Positions 1 through 11,179 are shown, counted from the first letter of the stretch. The stretch is 64,000 bases of DNA from Candidatus Omnitrophota bacterium (GCA_029261055.1 JAJDCA010000037.1:82818-146817), one strand, 5' to 3'. The notes: generated by a model from the sequence alone, not told the origin. Numbers and translations: made by a program.

Positions 1-531
1 TATCGCCGGATCTGAGCTAAATTGACCAGATGGACTAATTTCAAACATCCATACATTTATATCTGGTGGGCTATCTGTAATTGTACCACCAGCATCATAT
101 GCATATAACTTTGCATTGAATGTATTGACATCTAATGAGCTTGGTGCTATGAAATCAATAAATAGTGTCCCTGATGGTCTATTTATAAATTCTGGATATG
201 TCGCTATGTTTGCAAAATCAAATGAATTTAGTGCTGTAATCAGCACCTCTGGCCTCGGATCAGATTCACCAACCACTTTCACTATTACCCCAGACGTATT
301 TACAGTGCTTGGACGTGCACAATTCGTCATTTGTCCAGATGTGCCCGCTATGTCTGATACAGTACCAGCAGAATCAGATATAAATGTAGTACCGTTAAAT
401 TGATTTATAGTTATGGCCGAGTTAGTACCAGTTAAACCATAGAAAGCCAAATGATCATAAGTTCCGCTTCCTAAATGACTTATTGCAGTACCACTAGCCG
501 AAGCATTTCTAAAATGAACAATTCCAGTCAT
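1..531 (-). CDS. Virion structural protein, partial (runs off window start)
   Basis: Missing from the ORF track. ATG at 531 follows AGGAGG; open for 177 codons (MTGIVHFRNASASGTAISHLGSG...); 6 SG dipeptides; continues the tail operon. Confidence 0.8.
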   Translation of the reverse strand, partial: MTGIVHFRNASASGTAISHLGSGTYDHLAFYGLTGTNSAITINQFNGTTFISDSAGTVSDIAGTSGQMTNCARPSTVNTSGVIVKVVGESDPRPEVLITALNSFDFANIATYPEFINRPSGTLFIDFIAPSSLDVNTFNAKLYAYDAGGTITDSPPDINVWMFEISPSGQFSSDPAI

Positions 532-555
532 TTGTCTTCCTCCTAGTTGTTTTAC

Positions 556-2259
556 TTAAGTATACGAATTCACACCATCGCCAGCAAGACTTTCTTCACC
601 AATGAAGATTGAGTCAACTGCTACAGTGCTACTACCAAATGAACATGGGCTACCCAAACAATTTGGACACGCTCTTCCTCCAGGTACAAATATTGCTGGA
701 CATTCTGTAGATGCTTCGCTAGTTGTTCCTGTCTGTATTGATAGAGATAATAGTAGATCTATTCCACCAACCTCATATGTACTCTGACCAAATTCATTTT
801 TAGATGCTTCGAATATTGCATCCATTAGATTAAATTCAATAGGTAGGTTTGAGCCAACACCAGTCGCAGTATCTACTATGTATGTAAATGGAGTATCAAA
901 CACTCCTATTTTTGCTGTTTTTACTCCAACCCTAAACCTTCCACCGCTGCTAGTACCATTAATTCTAATAATGGTATTTCTATTAAATGCTTTGCCCCTT
1001 GATCTAATTGGAGATGCTTGCGTTGGTTCTACCTCATTGTATATGAATGGAATGCCGCCAATATCTGCAAAGTCACTAGACCACCAGATTGCCAGGGACT
1101 CTTTGGCGCAGGCACAAGAGCAGGTACATGTGTCTGGAGGAAAAAATAAAGAGTATGGACATTCGGTTTGACACGCCTCTTCCTCTTGTGGATTGCTCTT
1201 TACCTCTACCTTTAATATATTATTCTGAACTCCAACGAATCCTGTAAAAAACCAAGACCCCCAATTTTGAATTACAGCCGGTGCCTGTTCTACTGGCTGT
1301 GCAGATGTCCATGCAATATTTGGAGTTTGTGGACCAATTAAATTTGTTGTATACCATATTGGAGTAATGTTTGTTGGAAATGTTTCCAATTGTGGTGGTT
1401 GATATCTTACCTGATGTAAACTTAATGCCAATGCAGACATATACCCATAACCCTGATCTAAATCCGGTTCTGAAGACCCAACTTGATTTTTCGTTATTCT
1501 CTCATCTCTTGGTGGTCTGCCCGCTGGTGTCATTTCCGTATCTCTACCTTCTTGTGGCAGATCTGGATCTCTACTAGATGGATTATTTGCAGGTAATCCA
1601 ACAAGAAATTGTGGAAAATTTGGATCATCAATTGTAACATTGTGTTGGGCACGACCATCCATTGTTACGCCAATTTTTTGTACTAGCCCAACAATATCCT
1701 CTGGTGTAAATGGCCAATTTCCAGCAATAGCCTTACTTAATGGATTTATAGTAATAAAACCTGTGCTACTATCTCCAGGGATACGAATATTGTCTTTTAG
1801 TTTATTTTCACTATTCCATTCGGCCTGACTAGTAACACCCTGATTGTTTGCAAACATTCTTGCCAGATGACCGCCCAATGTGTCTGGACGATCAGAATCA
1901 TTTATTAAATTCTCTATTGCAGCCTGAATATCTCTTATGTAAGATGGATAAAACTTTATAGAAAAATCCTTTAACACTCTACCATCACTGGTTGGTGTAA
2001 ATTCTACCTTTGTGTCTTCATTCTGAGTTGTGTACACATACCATTTTGGCTCCGTTAATTCACGTATTCTATATTCTGCATTTATCTCAAGCATTATTTC
2101 TTCAATATATTGAGATGAAAATTCAATAAATTGACGCTGAATAATATCGTCTGTTGGTGTAACTGGCCTAACATTTCTACGAACATTTTCAATCGGAGTA
2201 GTAAACGGTCTTGGCTTACTGTAAACTATAAATGTTTCTCCAGTGAATCCTTTTGTCAT
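556..2259 (-). CDS. Putative tail-tip protein with Cys-rich C-terminal half
   Basis: 567 aa, follows the hub-like gene; Cys clusters CQTEC..CTCSCAC and ECP..CPNCLGSPC. Confidence 0.55.
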   Translation of the reverse strand: MTKGFTGETFIVYSKPRPFTTPIENVRRNVRPVTPTDDIIQRQFIEFSSQYIEEIMLEINAEYRIRELTEPKWYVYTTQNEDTKVEFTPTSDGRVLKDFSIKFYPSYIRDIQAAIENLINDSDRPDTLGGHLARMFANNQGVTSQAEWNSENKLKDNIRIPGDSSTGFITINPLSKAIAGNWPFTPEDIVGLVQKIGVTMDGRAQHNVTIDDPNFPQFLVGLPANNPSSRDPDLPQEGRDTEMTPAGRPPRDERITKNQVGSSEPDLDQGYGYMSALALSLHQVRYQPPQLETFPTNITPIWYTTNLIGPQTPNIAWTSAQPVEQAPAVIQNWGSWFFTGFVGVQNNILKVEVKSNPQEEEACQTECPYSLFFPPDTCTCSCACAKESLAIWWSSDFADIGGIPFIYNEVEPTQASPIRSRGKAFNRNTIIRINGTSSGGRFRVGVKTAKIGVFDTPFTYIVDTATGVGSNLPIEFNLMDAIFEASKNEFGQSTYEVGGIDLLLSLSIQTGTTSEASTECPAIFVPGGRACPNCLGSPCSFGSSTVAVDSIFIGEESLAGDGVNSYT

Positions 2260-2262
2260 TAC

Positions 2263-5200
2263 TTACTCCTGAAACGTTATTCCACCAAAGAATGTTGGTT
2301 TTGATACAAGTACAATTAATCTAAACTGAGCAGATGCATCAGAGCCAGAAGTTGCTGTTTCTAAAAATTGCTGAGCAGTGCATGGATCTCCAACTTCTAT
2401 AATTGAAGGGTCTGCACCAGCAAATATAACATTATATATGACACTACCACCAGTACTAGGAACTTCTCCATCGGCATAAGTTGCTCCACCATCAGGAGTA
2501 AAACTCTTTATTGCACCATTTCTATTATTTGCATCTGGCCTTGTTGTTACTTGTCCAAGAATTATATTACTACCGCCAGTAGCATTAACAAGGAAAACAT
2601 CGCTGGTCCCATCATCCTGCAAAGCAGTTGAGTCTGGAGCTATCGGAGTCTCTCCCCCTCTATTCTTATTTCCATGTGAAACTAGTGTGAATTTATCACC
2701 TACGGAAGCCTGTGGTATATTCTGTTGGTCTAGAAATGGCACCTGAAATACTTCAAATTGTATGGCGGACTGACTTTCTCCAAAATTACTAGTAACCGTT
2801 GTTGGCAGTGTTTTAACATTTGCCACCGACAGTCTTTGTCCAGCGATTTCAACTTCCTGTATTGTGCTAGATATCTCAACAACCTTAGTGTCCTTTAAAT
2901 CTACTCCGCCGGTAAAATAATGCTCAAATGTGCCGTCCGCTCTTTTTTCTATGTGATAGACGGCATCCATTCCGAACTGCAAAAATCCATCAGTTGCCCT
3001 AGCTTGTTTGAGATCGTCATCGCCAAAACCAACATCAAGTGCGCGAGGCCACTTTGTACCTTGTGAGTCTATAGCTAAATAATATTGATTAGCACCAGGA
3101 TTTCTAACGCTTATAATTTCAACTGGTATTTCACGAGTATGTTCTAGTCCTGTGTCTGCTTTTATGCCTCTGCGACCATCTGTTGTTTCAGGTAGTTCAG
3201 GAATTGGTGGCACTGTAAATTCAGGCGCTTCAAACTCTGGTATGCTGGCATCTATTCTTTTAATAGCGAATGAAAAGTCTTCATCAATTGCACGTTGTAT
3301 CGGTTTAACAGTAACAAATTGAGGGAAATGACTTTTTAAACTGTACTTCGTTTGCCATGCTGGTGTTGATATATCTTTAGTTAAGCTTATATTAGTAATA
3401 CCATGCGAAACAGTACCGTAGTTTCCACTAGAATCAATAGATTGGTTTGAATAATTATCAAATGAAATTACTGGTAGTCCAACCTTAACAACTTCAGCAA
3501 ATGTTACAGTGTTGCGATTAACTACCTGTGTACTTAAAAATGCTAATGCATCTTCATTTAGTAATTCATTTGAATCCTGAGATCCTCTAGGTTCATAGCT
3601 CCAAGGAACAAAACTATCAACAACCTCTACCTTTAAGTCTGTTCCAGTTCCAGAAGCCCATATGTCAGGAAAATCAATACCAAATCTTCTTTTAACTTTT
3701 ACAGGAATACATGCACCTATGGCATTTGTTGCAGATGGGTCTAGTTCCTGAAATGGAGTTGCTTGCTTTAGTGGGTCTGGAATATCATCTGTGGTGTCAC
3801 CATCAAAAATGCTGTCTAGTGTTTGTATACGAAATACGTTATTTAGTTCTAAGTCCCTTTGTGCTTCTGGACTCCAAGCAAATTGCGGAAGCCTCACCAA
3901 TATTCCTTTTTCTTGATTATCTATAACTTCTAAAAAATCTTCAGTGAATTTATTTCTATTGCTGTCCCATTTTTTTACTTCGATTGGTACAAATTGATTA
4001 AACTCATCCTCGTTCCATTTTTCAAATGCTGCTGGAACCTGTTCACCGTCTAGACCCCATTTAGTATCTGGAGGCATGACTGCATATGCTCTCATTTTAT
4101 TTGTGTCATGATTGTAGAATGGTGCTAAAAATTTAAACTGATCGGATATCTTATAATTATCATCGAAAGTTCCGCCGTCTGTTTGATTTTCTAAATTGCA
4201 CCACGATTCATTAACAACATCAAATTGATCTAAGTCACCATATAATTGACTATCAGGATCTAGGACATATGTTCTACCATAGTGATTTTGTGCAAATGTG
4301 CGAACACGACTATACCAATTTACAATCCAGCTACGATCAGCAACTCTTCTATTTCTTAAAAGTCCAAGACCAGAGCCCACTACAGACCTTTGCTCTACAG
4401 TCAATCCAGTGTCGGAATTTATAGTAGCATTATCAATTCTGTTATCTAGCCCAACAGATCTAGCCCACCACTCTAAACCTTTTAGAGATGCAGCTAATTC
4501 ATCGTCTGTTGGTTGGTATGAGTTTAAATTGCCATCAGGTCCAAAGTATTTTAAGGTAGCACTCCATCCCTTAATAAACTTAAAATTTGTTTCAAAATTT
4601 ACACCAAGTATATTTCCAACATTACCAAATGAACCGCTTGGCATCAATCTTACATCAGTTGGCCCAATTAAGCCCTCTATATTTCCACCGTATAGTCTTG
4701 CTACTGTTGATCGTTCCGCTTCATCATTTCCATATCGTAGAGAAATAACTTCCGCTGTATCTGACTCTGTTGGTATAGCATCTTCGCTTATTTCAACACC
4801 GAACCTTCTATTTACAACATTTATTTTATCTTTTTTCATGTCATAATAAAAATCATATGCTATATCTTTTAATATTCTTGATACGGCATCTAAAAACGGC
4901 TGTGCCTTAAATTGAAAACGATACGCATCTGGATCTCTTGGCAGTTGAGCATCTATTACCTCTGGTGGCGGCAATTTGTCTATAAGCCCATTTATTGTTC
5001 CAAGTGTGTTTTCAAAATATTGTACAGCCTCATATATTTGGCCATAAGATGCACCAACTGTGCGCAACTGATTTAAATCTTTTATTACTCTTTGACGACC
5101 AACTTCTTGACCCTTTACTTTGCAGTACCAGTATATAACATCTATTACACCAACTGCTGGTGAGTCATTTTCTCCAAAAATACCATATGTATCTATTGTA

Positions 5201-5550
5201 AAGTCATTAAGCTCATCTCTAATGTCTTCTATATCAATGCTTAGTATGTTTCCACGAGATGATTTGCTATAGTCTGAATGCTTTATTCTACCGGCAATGT
5301 GAAAATCATCACCAATATTAAACCTTACAAATGTACCAATTGGAGGTAAATCATTAAATGTAAATTCATCTGGAATATATTCTAATGAAAATCTGTGTGG
5401 TTGTTGACCGAAACCAACAGACGCATTTACAGAAGAAAGAAAGGCTGTCACCGGCACACCAAATACGCCGCTGGCTAGGAAAATTTTCTGCTGCTCAAAC
5501 GTAGTTGTGCCGCTTGCTTCAATAAATGGACTTAGTGGCTCTCCCGCCAT
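2263..5550 (-). CDS. Putative baseplate hub / tail-tip protein
   Basis: 1095 aa downstream of the tape measure; hub-like N-terminal pattern (IAGRIKHSDYSKSSRGNILSIDIED...FLDAVSRILKDIAYDFYYD). Confidence 0.6.
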   Translation of the reverse strand: MAGEPLSPFIEASGTTTFEQQKIFLASGVFGVPVTAFLSSVNASVGFGQQPHRFSLEYIPDEFTFNDLPPIGTFVRFNIGDDFHIAGRIKHSDYSKSSRGNILSIDIEDIRDELNDFTIDTYGIFGENDSPAVGVIDVIYWYCKVKGQEVGRQRVIKDLNQLRTVGASYGQIYEAVQYFENTLGTINGLIDKLPPPEVIDAQLPRDPDAYRFQFKAQPFLDAVSRILKDIAYDFYYDMKKDKINVVNRRFGVEISEDAIPTESDTAEVISLRYGNDEAERSTVARLYGGNIEGLIGPTDVRLMPSGSFGNVGNILGVNFETNFKFIKGWSATLKYFGPDGNLNSYQPTDDELAASLKGLEWWARSVGLDNRIDNATINSDTGLTVEQRSVVGSGLGLLRNRRVADRSWIVNWYSRVRTFAQNHYGRTYVLDPDSQLYGDLDQFDVVNESWCNLENQTDGGTFDDNYKISDQFKFLAPFYNHDTNKMRAYAVMPPDTKWGLDGEQVPAAFEKWNEDEFNQFVPIEVKKWDSNRNKFTEDFLEVIDNQEKGILVRLPQFAWSPEAQRDLELNNVFRIQTLDSIFDGDTTDDIPDPLKQATPFQELDPSATNAIGACIPVKVKRRFGIDFPDIWASGTGTDLKVEVVDSFVPWSYEPRGSQDSNELLNEDALAFLSTQVVNRNTVTFAEVVKVGLPVISFDNYSNQSIDSSGNYGTVSHGITNISLTKDISTPAWQTKYSLKSHFPQFVTVKPIQRAIDEDFSFAIKRIDASIPEFEAPEFTVPPIPELPETTDGRRGIKADTGLEHTREIPVEIISVRNPGANQYYLAIDSQGTKWPRALDVGFGDDDLKQARATDGFLQFGMDAVYHIEKRADGTFEHYFTGGVDLKDTKVVEISSTIQEVEIAGQRLSVANVKTLPTTVTSNFGESQSAIQFEVFQVPFLDQQNIPQASVGDKFTLVSHGNKNRGGETPIAPDSTALQDDGTSDVFLVNATGGSNIILGQVTTRPDANNRNGAIKSFTPDGGATYADGEVPSTGGSVIYNVIFAGADPSIIEVGDPCTAQQFLETATSGSDASAQFRLIVLVSKPTFFGGITFQE

Positions 5551-5580
5551 GTCTTACACCTTTCCTTTGATATATTTTAT

Positions 5581-6666
5581 TTAGATTGCTCCATCAAAAC
5601 CTGCAACCAGCGTATCAGATGACCAGCGCCATTGACCGCTAACCTGAACTCGATACCTTGCTGTAACTAAATAGAGTCCTGGAGATGAATAATACGTAAA
5701 CGGATTAACAGTATTGCTGCGTGCCAAGTTTCCAAAGTTCCAGAACAAATTGCTGTCAGTTGGTGAACTTGGTTGGAATGACCCGCTAGCAACCAGAGTA
5801 AAATCTACATTCATTGATGGCGGAACAACTCCAGATCTTGGGGTTCCGCTGATAGAGATTAGCGGATAATCAACACCTGCTACTAATCCACTAGCGAGAT
5901 TGAGATTAAAGCTATCCATGCCAACCATCCCAAAATCATCTACCCCACGAGCAGTTATAGTATATATTCCTGCATCTCTATAATTATAACATCCCGACCA
6001 AACGCCTGTCACTTGACTACCAAGATCAAATCCACTTATTGAGCTATTTGCTGTTGGCAACTCATCTCTTTCTGGTTCTCCAAAATCAATCTGATTAATT
6101 ACCCATTGGTTGCCATCTCGTAGGTTTCCGCTAGCTACAACACAAACATCAATGCCGCTACCATTGATAGGTATTCCAGATTGTGGAGTAACACTAGTTA
6201 TTACAACTTGAGGCGGTCTTTTTGATTTTCCTACTGTTAGCTTTGCATTGAAGTCAGATTTAAAAGTGTTTGATATAGACAACTTAGCATTAAAGTCACT
6301 TTGATCTGCTTGAATAAATGCAATTTGCGCATCTATATTTAACGATTGACCAACTGTATCTTCACTATTTGCTTTAGCTAATACTCGACCATGCATCTCC
6401 GCAAATCTGCTAGTTCCTGGTATGCTCCATACAAAGCCACCCAAGCTAAATGGGCCAGCCTGGTACTTTGAGTCAACGAATCCACCGACTACGAACCCAC
6501 TAGCACCAATTAATGGCAGAGCATTAACATAGCCACCAATACTTGTGTCGGGAAATTGAAATCCAGTACCACTAGCAATGCCTCCCAGCAACGCTACTGC
6601 ATCTTGTCCAGGAATACCCACAGATTGGGCAAATCCTCCTAAAATACCAGACCCATCATAAGACAT
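5581..6666 (-). CDS. Virion protein with xGG(F/Y/I) repeats and two PKD/Ig-like domains
   Basis: Repeats LGGFA/LGGIA/IGGYV/VGGFV/LGGFV; PKD-like motifs IDFGEP..YRDAGIYTITARG and WNFGN..YSSPGLYLVTAR. Confidence 0.7.
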   Translation of the reverse strand: MSYDGSGILGGFAQSVGIPGQDAVALLGGIASGTGFQFPDTSIGGYVNALPLIGASGFVVGGFVDSKYQAGPFSLGGFVWSIPGTSRFAEMHGRVLAKANSEDTVGQSLNIDAQIAFIQADQSDFNAKLSISNTFKSDFNAKLTVGKSKRPPQVVITSVTPQSGIPINGSGIDVCVVASGNLRDGNQWVINQIDFGEPERDELPTANSSISGFDLGSQVTGVWSGCYNYRDAGIYTITARGVDDFGMVGMDSFNLNLASGLVAGVDYPLISISGTPRSGVVPPSMNVDFTLVASGSFQPSSPTDSNLFWNFGNLARSNTVNPFTYYSSPGLYLVTARYRVQVSGQWRWSSDTLVAGFDGAI

Positions 6667-6669
6667 TAT

Positions 6670-7167
6670 TTACCCGCTATTGGTTTTTATTTGCTCAAGC
6701 AATACTGAATCTCCAGTATAGATATCTACGCTAATAAGTCTACGTGAATTATTAGATTCCCAGCCAAAGTTAAAAAAATTAAAATCTTGCTTTAGGATAC
6801 GCTCTTTAGTTGCGACTAATTTTAGTCGTCCATTAATACCTATATGCTCAGTAATCATTACACGATCATGTATATTTTTAATTCTATCGTCCCATATTGC
6901 AACATTGTCTATCTTACGCTCAACTCCACGCAACACACATTTTACAGAACATACTCCATCACTTAAGTTTATAGCAGTAATATTACCAATACCATCTTTC
7001 ATTGTGTTAGTGCATGTAAATGACTCAAATGCAATTTCGTCTTCTGATATTCTTTGAATTTCATATTCCATATCTGTTTTTAATACAACAGGAGTAAACT
7101 TCTTTCTGTAAACATCATTAATTTCACCAATAGTTTTTCCCATTATTTGATTTTTTATACTTGACAC
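6670..7167 (-). CDS. Hypothetical protein within the tail operon
   Basis: 165 aa, AGGAGAGG RBS; K/I-rich, unlike its neighbours. Confidence 0.7.
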   Translation of the reverse strand: MSSIKNQIMGKTIGEINDVYRKKFTPVVLKTDMEYEIQRISEDEIAFESFTCTNTMKDGIGNITAINLSDGVCSVKCVLRGVERKIDNVAIWDDRIKNIHDRVMITEHIGINGRLKLVATKERILKQDFNFFNFGWESNNSRRLISVDIYTGDSVLLEQIKTNSG

Positions 7168-7177
7168 TAACCTCTCC

Positions 7178-8659
7178 TTATATGAATGGATAATCTATTC
7201 CATCTCCACTATTGTACAGTGTAGTTTTTTCGTCTGCTGATAGTATTTTGTGCCAAACTCCCCATCTAGACAATCTACCAGATAGTGGGTTAGCAAGATC
7301 TGCATAATTTCCTAACCTGAAGTCTTGTGAGCCGTCAAATACACCAAATGGAGTTATGGTTGCGTCTGATACTGCCGTACCATTATCTATCTGTATATTT
7401 ACAGTGTTTCCAGTTGAGTCATGCCAAATTACTACAAAGTGCCATGTTGCAGCAGACATAGAGGTGAAATCCTCAGCCACACTAAATGATCCTACTCCAT
7501 CTGGACTAGTAACTAATCTAGTCCTACTAGATGCTATATAATCTATTAGATATTCTTTTTGATTTCCTGTATTTGTGTATTTACTCATAATTGATTGATT
7601 TACGGCTAGACTATCAATATAGACCCATCCAGCTAATGTGAAATCTCTATTCCCTATTGTTAGATCCGCGTTGTCTGCTCTAGATAAGTAATTCGAAGCA
7701 TTCCCAACAAGTATTACGCAATCGTTGCCGTCTGGTCCACCCCCAGAACTTACTCCAACTGTACCAATTTCTGACAAGTCAAGTGAACCAACACTATCTA
7801 GTCTCGTCCCTGATGATTCATCCAAGTTCCAATATACCTTTACATCATCTTGTAGTCCAGAAGCTATCGGGTCCACTGGTTCCGGTGGTGTAGGTATCAC
7901 TGCTTCTCCAGCCAAGCAAGATGTTGCATCTGTACTTCTTGTTGCTGCTTCTATCCCTGTCCATTCGTAACTCATTTTAAACTGAAATCCAGATACCCCA
8001 ACGCCACCATATGTTCCTAATTCATATCCACTTGCATGTGCTGGAAAATGTGCCATTGTATATATATAATTTGATACCTGATCTTCTATATATGATCCAC
8101 TAGAAAATATATTTGTGCCATTTACAAATGTATTCTGCAATTCTGGCAAAGATGATGGTAGTGGTAATGCATTGGCTGTTCCAGAACTTAATTGTATATT
8201 TCTATCCCATCCACTTTGTTGTAGGTAAAACCATTGTGGCTGATATCCCTTGTCGCGAAATACATTATCATCATCTATCCAGAACTTCATGTTAAAAGCT
8301 TTGAAATCTGAATCAATAGACCCATCTTCTACCATTAAATTAAAGAAACTATCTGGATGTGAGTTTATTTCACCTAGATTAAATGTCAATGCTAGTGTTG
8401 GTGTCGTGAATCCACTGCTATCAACAAATGTATTTCCAAAACTAGCTGCTACACCCGATTCTCTTTGTGCATCGAACCCACCAACCAAGCCATCAGCTAT
8501 CAGTCTTTCGGACCCCTTTGCTGCTGCCTTGTATACTCCACTCTCCCAATGTCTAAATCCTAATGGGTCTGGAGATTCTGCATCCCATATTTCAATTTGA
8601 CCAGCAGCTCTTAAGGCACCGCTGACTGCGCCAGGAAAGAAACCAGATGTAGTTACCAT
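7178..8659 (-). CDS. Virion protein: paralog-family-A domain fused to a LamG/concanavalin A-like domain
   Basis: C-terminal YWNLDESSG..DFTLAGWVY..WHFVVIWHD..GRLSRWGVWHKILSADE is a LamG_3 pattern; N-terminus aligns by eye with 8672..9379 and 13684..14229. Confidence 0.8.
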   Translation of the reverse strand: MVTTSGFFPGAVSGALRAAGQIEIWDAESPDPLGFRHWESGVYKAAAKGSERLIADGLVGGFDAQRESGVAASFGNTFVDSSGFTTPTLALTFNLGEINSHPDSFFNLMVEDGSIDSDFKAFNMKFWIDDDNVFRDKGYQPQWFYLQQSGWDRNIQLSSGTANALPLPSSLPELQNTFVNGTNIFSSGSYIEDQVSNYIYTMAHFPAHASGYELGTYGGVGVSGFQFKMSYEWTGIEAATRSTDATSCLAGEAVIPTPPEPVDPIASGLQDDVKVYWNLDESSGTRLDSVGSLDLSEIGTVGVSSGGGPDGNDCVILVGNASNYLSRADNADLTIGNRDFTLAGWVYIDSLAVNQSIMSKYTNTGNQKEYLIDYIASSRTRLVTSPDGVGSFSVAEDFTSMSAATWHFVVIWHDSTGNTVNIQIDNGTAVSDATITPFGVFDGSQDFRLGNYADLANPLSGRLSRWGVWHKILSADEKTTLYNSGDGIDYPFI

Positions 8660-8671
8660 TAATCTCTCCTA

Positions 8672-9379
8672 TTAGTCAAAAAGTGGTGTGAGGTTATCAA
8701 TTTCAAAAGTTGTTCTAAGTAGAAATCCGCTAGCACTAGTGCTTCCGTATTGGGCTAATGGCAAAGTGCCGGAGGCCGCGACAGCCATATAAACCCACTG
8801 AGAAACATCTGCGTCTCCAGACCCATGAATAGTAGATCCGCCATTTGTTCTTGACAAATTCAATGATTCTGGAAGACTGGTTGGCAAAAACTTTGACTCA
8901 TTTAGTAAATAGTTAGTTGGGAATTGTAGTCCACTAGCCCACGCATTGTGTTTTTCATATACAATTCTAAAAGAGTCTGGTGTGAGGAAGTCGCTTGTGC
9001 TTGATGCCCATAATCTTATATTATGAATTCTGGTGGTATGACAATCAAATTGTTCTGCACGAAATAGAAATACTCTAGCGCATGATATTCCTGATCCTGG
9101 CGATATATTTATAGAATTCATGTCAAAGTCGCCGAAGTTAAGGCTTGCTGGATTACTTCCAGATGCTCTAACACCGATAAAAGCTTCTGGCACACCGGAG
9201 CCGTAATGAATATGGCGTGAACCAGATGGATCTACACCCTCTACGTTATACTCTATCAGCATTGGGGTAACATTTATCTCTGGTGTTAATATAGTTGGAG
9301 ATACTGTGGCTGGCGTACCTATCCTGTTATTTAATGCTATTGGAATACTATATGCCCAATTTCCGTATCTTTCTACCAT
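8672..9379 (-). CDS. Virion protein, paralog family A
   Basis: Shared motifs DPSGSRH, LNFGD, NIRLW, LPTSLP, VSQWVY. Confidence 0.75.
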   Translation of the reverse strand: MVERYGNWAYSIPIALNNRIGTPATVSPTILTPEINVTPMLIEYNVEGVDPSGSRHIHYGSGVPEAFIGVRASGSNPASLNFGDFDMNSINISPGSGISCARVFLFRAEQFDCHTTRIHNIRLWASSTSDFLTPDSFRIVYEKHNAWASGLQFPTNYLLNESKFLPTSLPESLNLSRTNGGSTIHGSGDADVSQWVYMAVAASGTLPLAQYGSTSASGFLLRTTFEIDNLTPLFD

Positions 9380-9394
9380 GCCTTTCTCCTGCCC

Positions 9395-11179
9395 TTATAT
9401 TTTTAATATTGGTGTCACCCTTAACAAGGCTTCTTCTTCCTTGCTGAACCCTACATCATTTACATAGTCCCAATAGAAATCATACTGTATTCCACCTGGA
9501 CTCGTAGGCAAATCTGATACACCACTACCTAACAATATATGAGTATTATACGATCTAAATCTTCTGGCGGTATTCCAGGAAGCACCTTTGTCTATTGAAA
9601 ACTCAATTGTAACGTCTACTGGTCTTGATTCTTCGTCTGATAATGAATATGTCATTACAGCATAGTCGCTACATTTAAACAACTCTGGATTGGTTCCAGA
9701 TGGTATTGTCGCATATGGTCCCAAATTAGCTAATGGCAGAATACCCCTCGGTGTTCCTCCACCGGCACCAACGTAAATCTCTTGCCAGTCACCATTTACA
9801 TATGTGTAGATATATGTACCACCACCGGCAGTTTTTTGAGCTGCATGACCTATTACACCAACATTGCCCATTGTGATATAGCTTACTAGCATTTTATTAT
9901 TTATTGGATCTTCTGAAAGATAAATATTTCCATCAAACCTAGTTAGGTCGTCTGGCAGGTTGCTTGTTGCATTTGTCCAGTTCGATACCCCAGATGCGTT
10001 AAGTCCATCATTGATAAAATGATTAACTCCAGATGCCTCAGTACATATAAACGCATGAAGCTGTCCATCGAAATTTTTCAGAGCGCACGATCTCATGGGC
10101 TGATCGGTGTCGTCCAGTATTCTTGCGGTCCACGGATCGGATACACGAATATCTGTAGTTTGTCCAAGACCAGGAGGAATTGTTAGAGAACTAAGGTCAG
10201 CAAAGAAGTCTACCCCAGATGGGTATTGGCTGCCCAGCCTTACACTTTTTAGTATGCCAGAGCCCTCTAATACGAGTAATCTGCTTGGCCCATTAGACTC
10301 CCCATTTGTAAATCCTCCACTAGGCCATATCTCAAGTGATCTAGTTGTTGGTCTAGATGTATCTGTGTCAACTAGTGACATTGTACCGCTACCACCATTT
10401 ATTTTCACTACATCACATGGATTACAGAAATATATATCATCGCCATAACTTATCATATCGCACATATGTAATAGTTCTGGATCTGGAGAATTTTCTGATA
10501 ATCCTTCAGTAAATCTGGTTGCCGGACCAAATGTTTTTTTGTCTTGGTCATCTATTGTTGCCCAAAAGTATTGACGAGCTATGCGTGAGTCGCTAAGAGG
10601 CAATGCTGTAAAATCATAGTCCCAGCCATTTTGTGGCCATAGATCAGATGCATTATCATCTTTAAATATCTGTTGACCAACTATAAACAGTATACCATTA
10701 TGCACAACCATAGAACAATCACCAGTTCTTGTTTTCATTGGCAAACTTTGTGAATCAGTACCAACGCCACTTGGAGACATTAGTTCTAGTCCTGGACCAC
10801 TCAAGTCTGGTCTAGACTCATATTCAGAATTTCCACCATTAACAAATAATCCAGAACCATCAAATCTAACTATAGACAATTCAGAACCAACAGCTTGAAT
10901 GCTGTTTAGTGCTTGGTATAGTCTTCCATTAAATACAGCCATTGATTTTTTATTATATAGTGCTCCTGGCCATATAGAGTTTGCTCCACCAAAATAAGTT
11001 CTAAAGTAGTCAGTTGTTGATTGTTGATTGTTGAATGATCCCTGATAGTTTGGAGATACATCACTGTCTGCACTACCTGTTGTTGGATTAACCCTAAAGC
11101 TATATGCAAAATGCCTAGCCATCCTTCCATCAACATATATGAGTCCACCTCCCCAGGTTTGTAAAACAATCGGAATCAT
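9395..11179 (-). CDS. Virion protein, paralog family B (propeller-like, C-terminal Asp-box/Ig-like part)
   Basis: 594 aa; SIDKGASW Asp-box; motifs shared with 11191..13665. Confidence 0.7.
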   Translation of the reverse strand: MIPIVLQTWGGGLIYVDGRMARHFAYSFRVNPTTGSADSDVSPNYQGSFNNQQSTTDYFRTYFGGANSIWPGALYNKKSMAVFNGRLYQALNSIQAVGSELSIVRFDGSGLFVNGGNSEYESRPDLSGPGLELMSPSGVGTDSQSLPMKTRTGDCSMVVHNGILFIVGQQIFKDDNASDLWPQNGWDYDFTALPLSDSRIARQYFWATIDDQDKKTFGPATRFTEGLSENSPDPELLHMCDMISYGDDIYFCNPCDVVKINGGSGTMSLVDTDTSRPTTRSLEIWPSGGFTNGESNGPSRLLVLEGSGILKSVRLGSQYPSGVDFFADLSSLTIPPGLGQTTDIRVSDPWTARILDDTDQPMRSCALKNFDGQLHAFICTEASGVNHFINDGLNASGVSNWTNATSNLPDDLTRFDGNIYLSEDPINNKMLVSYITMGNVGVIGHAAQKTAGGGTYIYTYVNGDWQEIYVGAGGGTPRGILPLANLGPYATIPSGTNPELFKCSDYAVMTYSLSDEESRPVDVTIEFSIDKGASWNTARRFRSYNTHILLGSGVSDLPTSPGGIQYDFYWDYVNDVGFSKEEEALLRVTPILKI

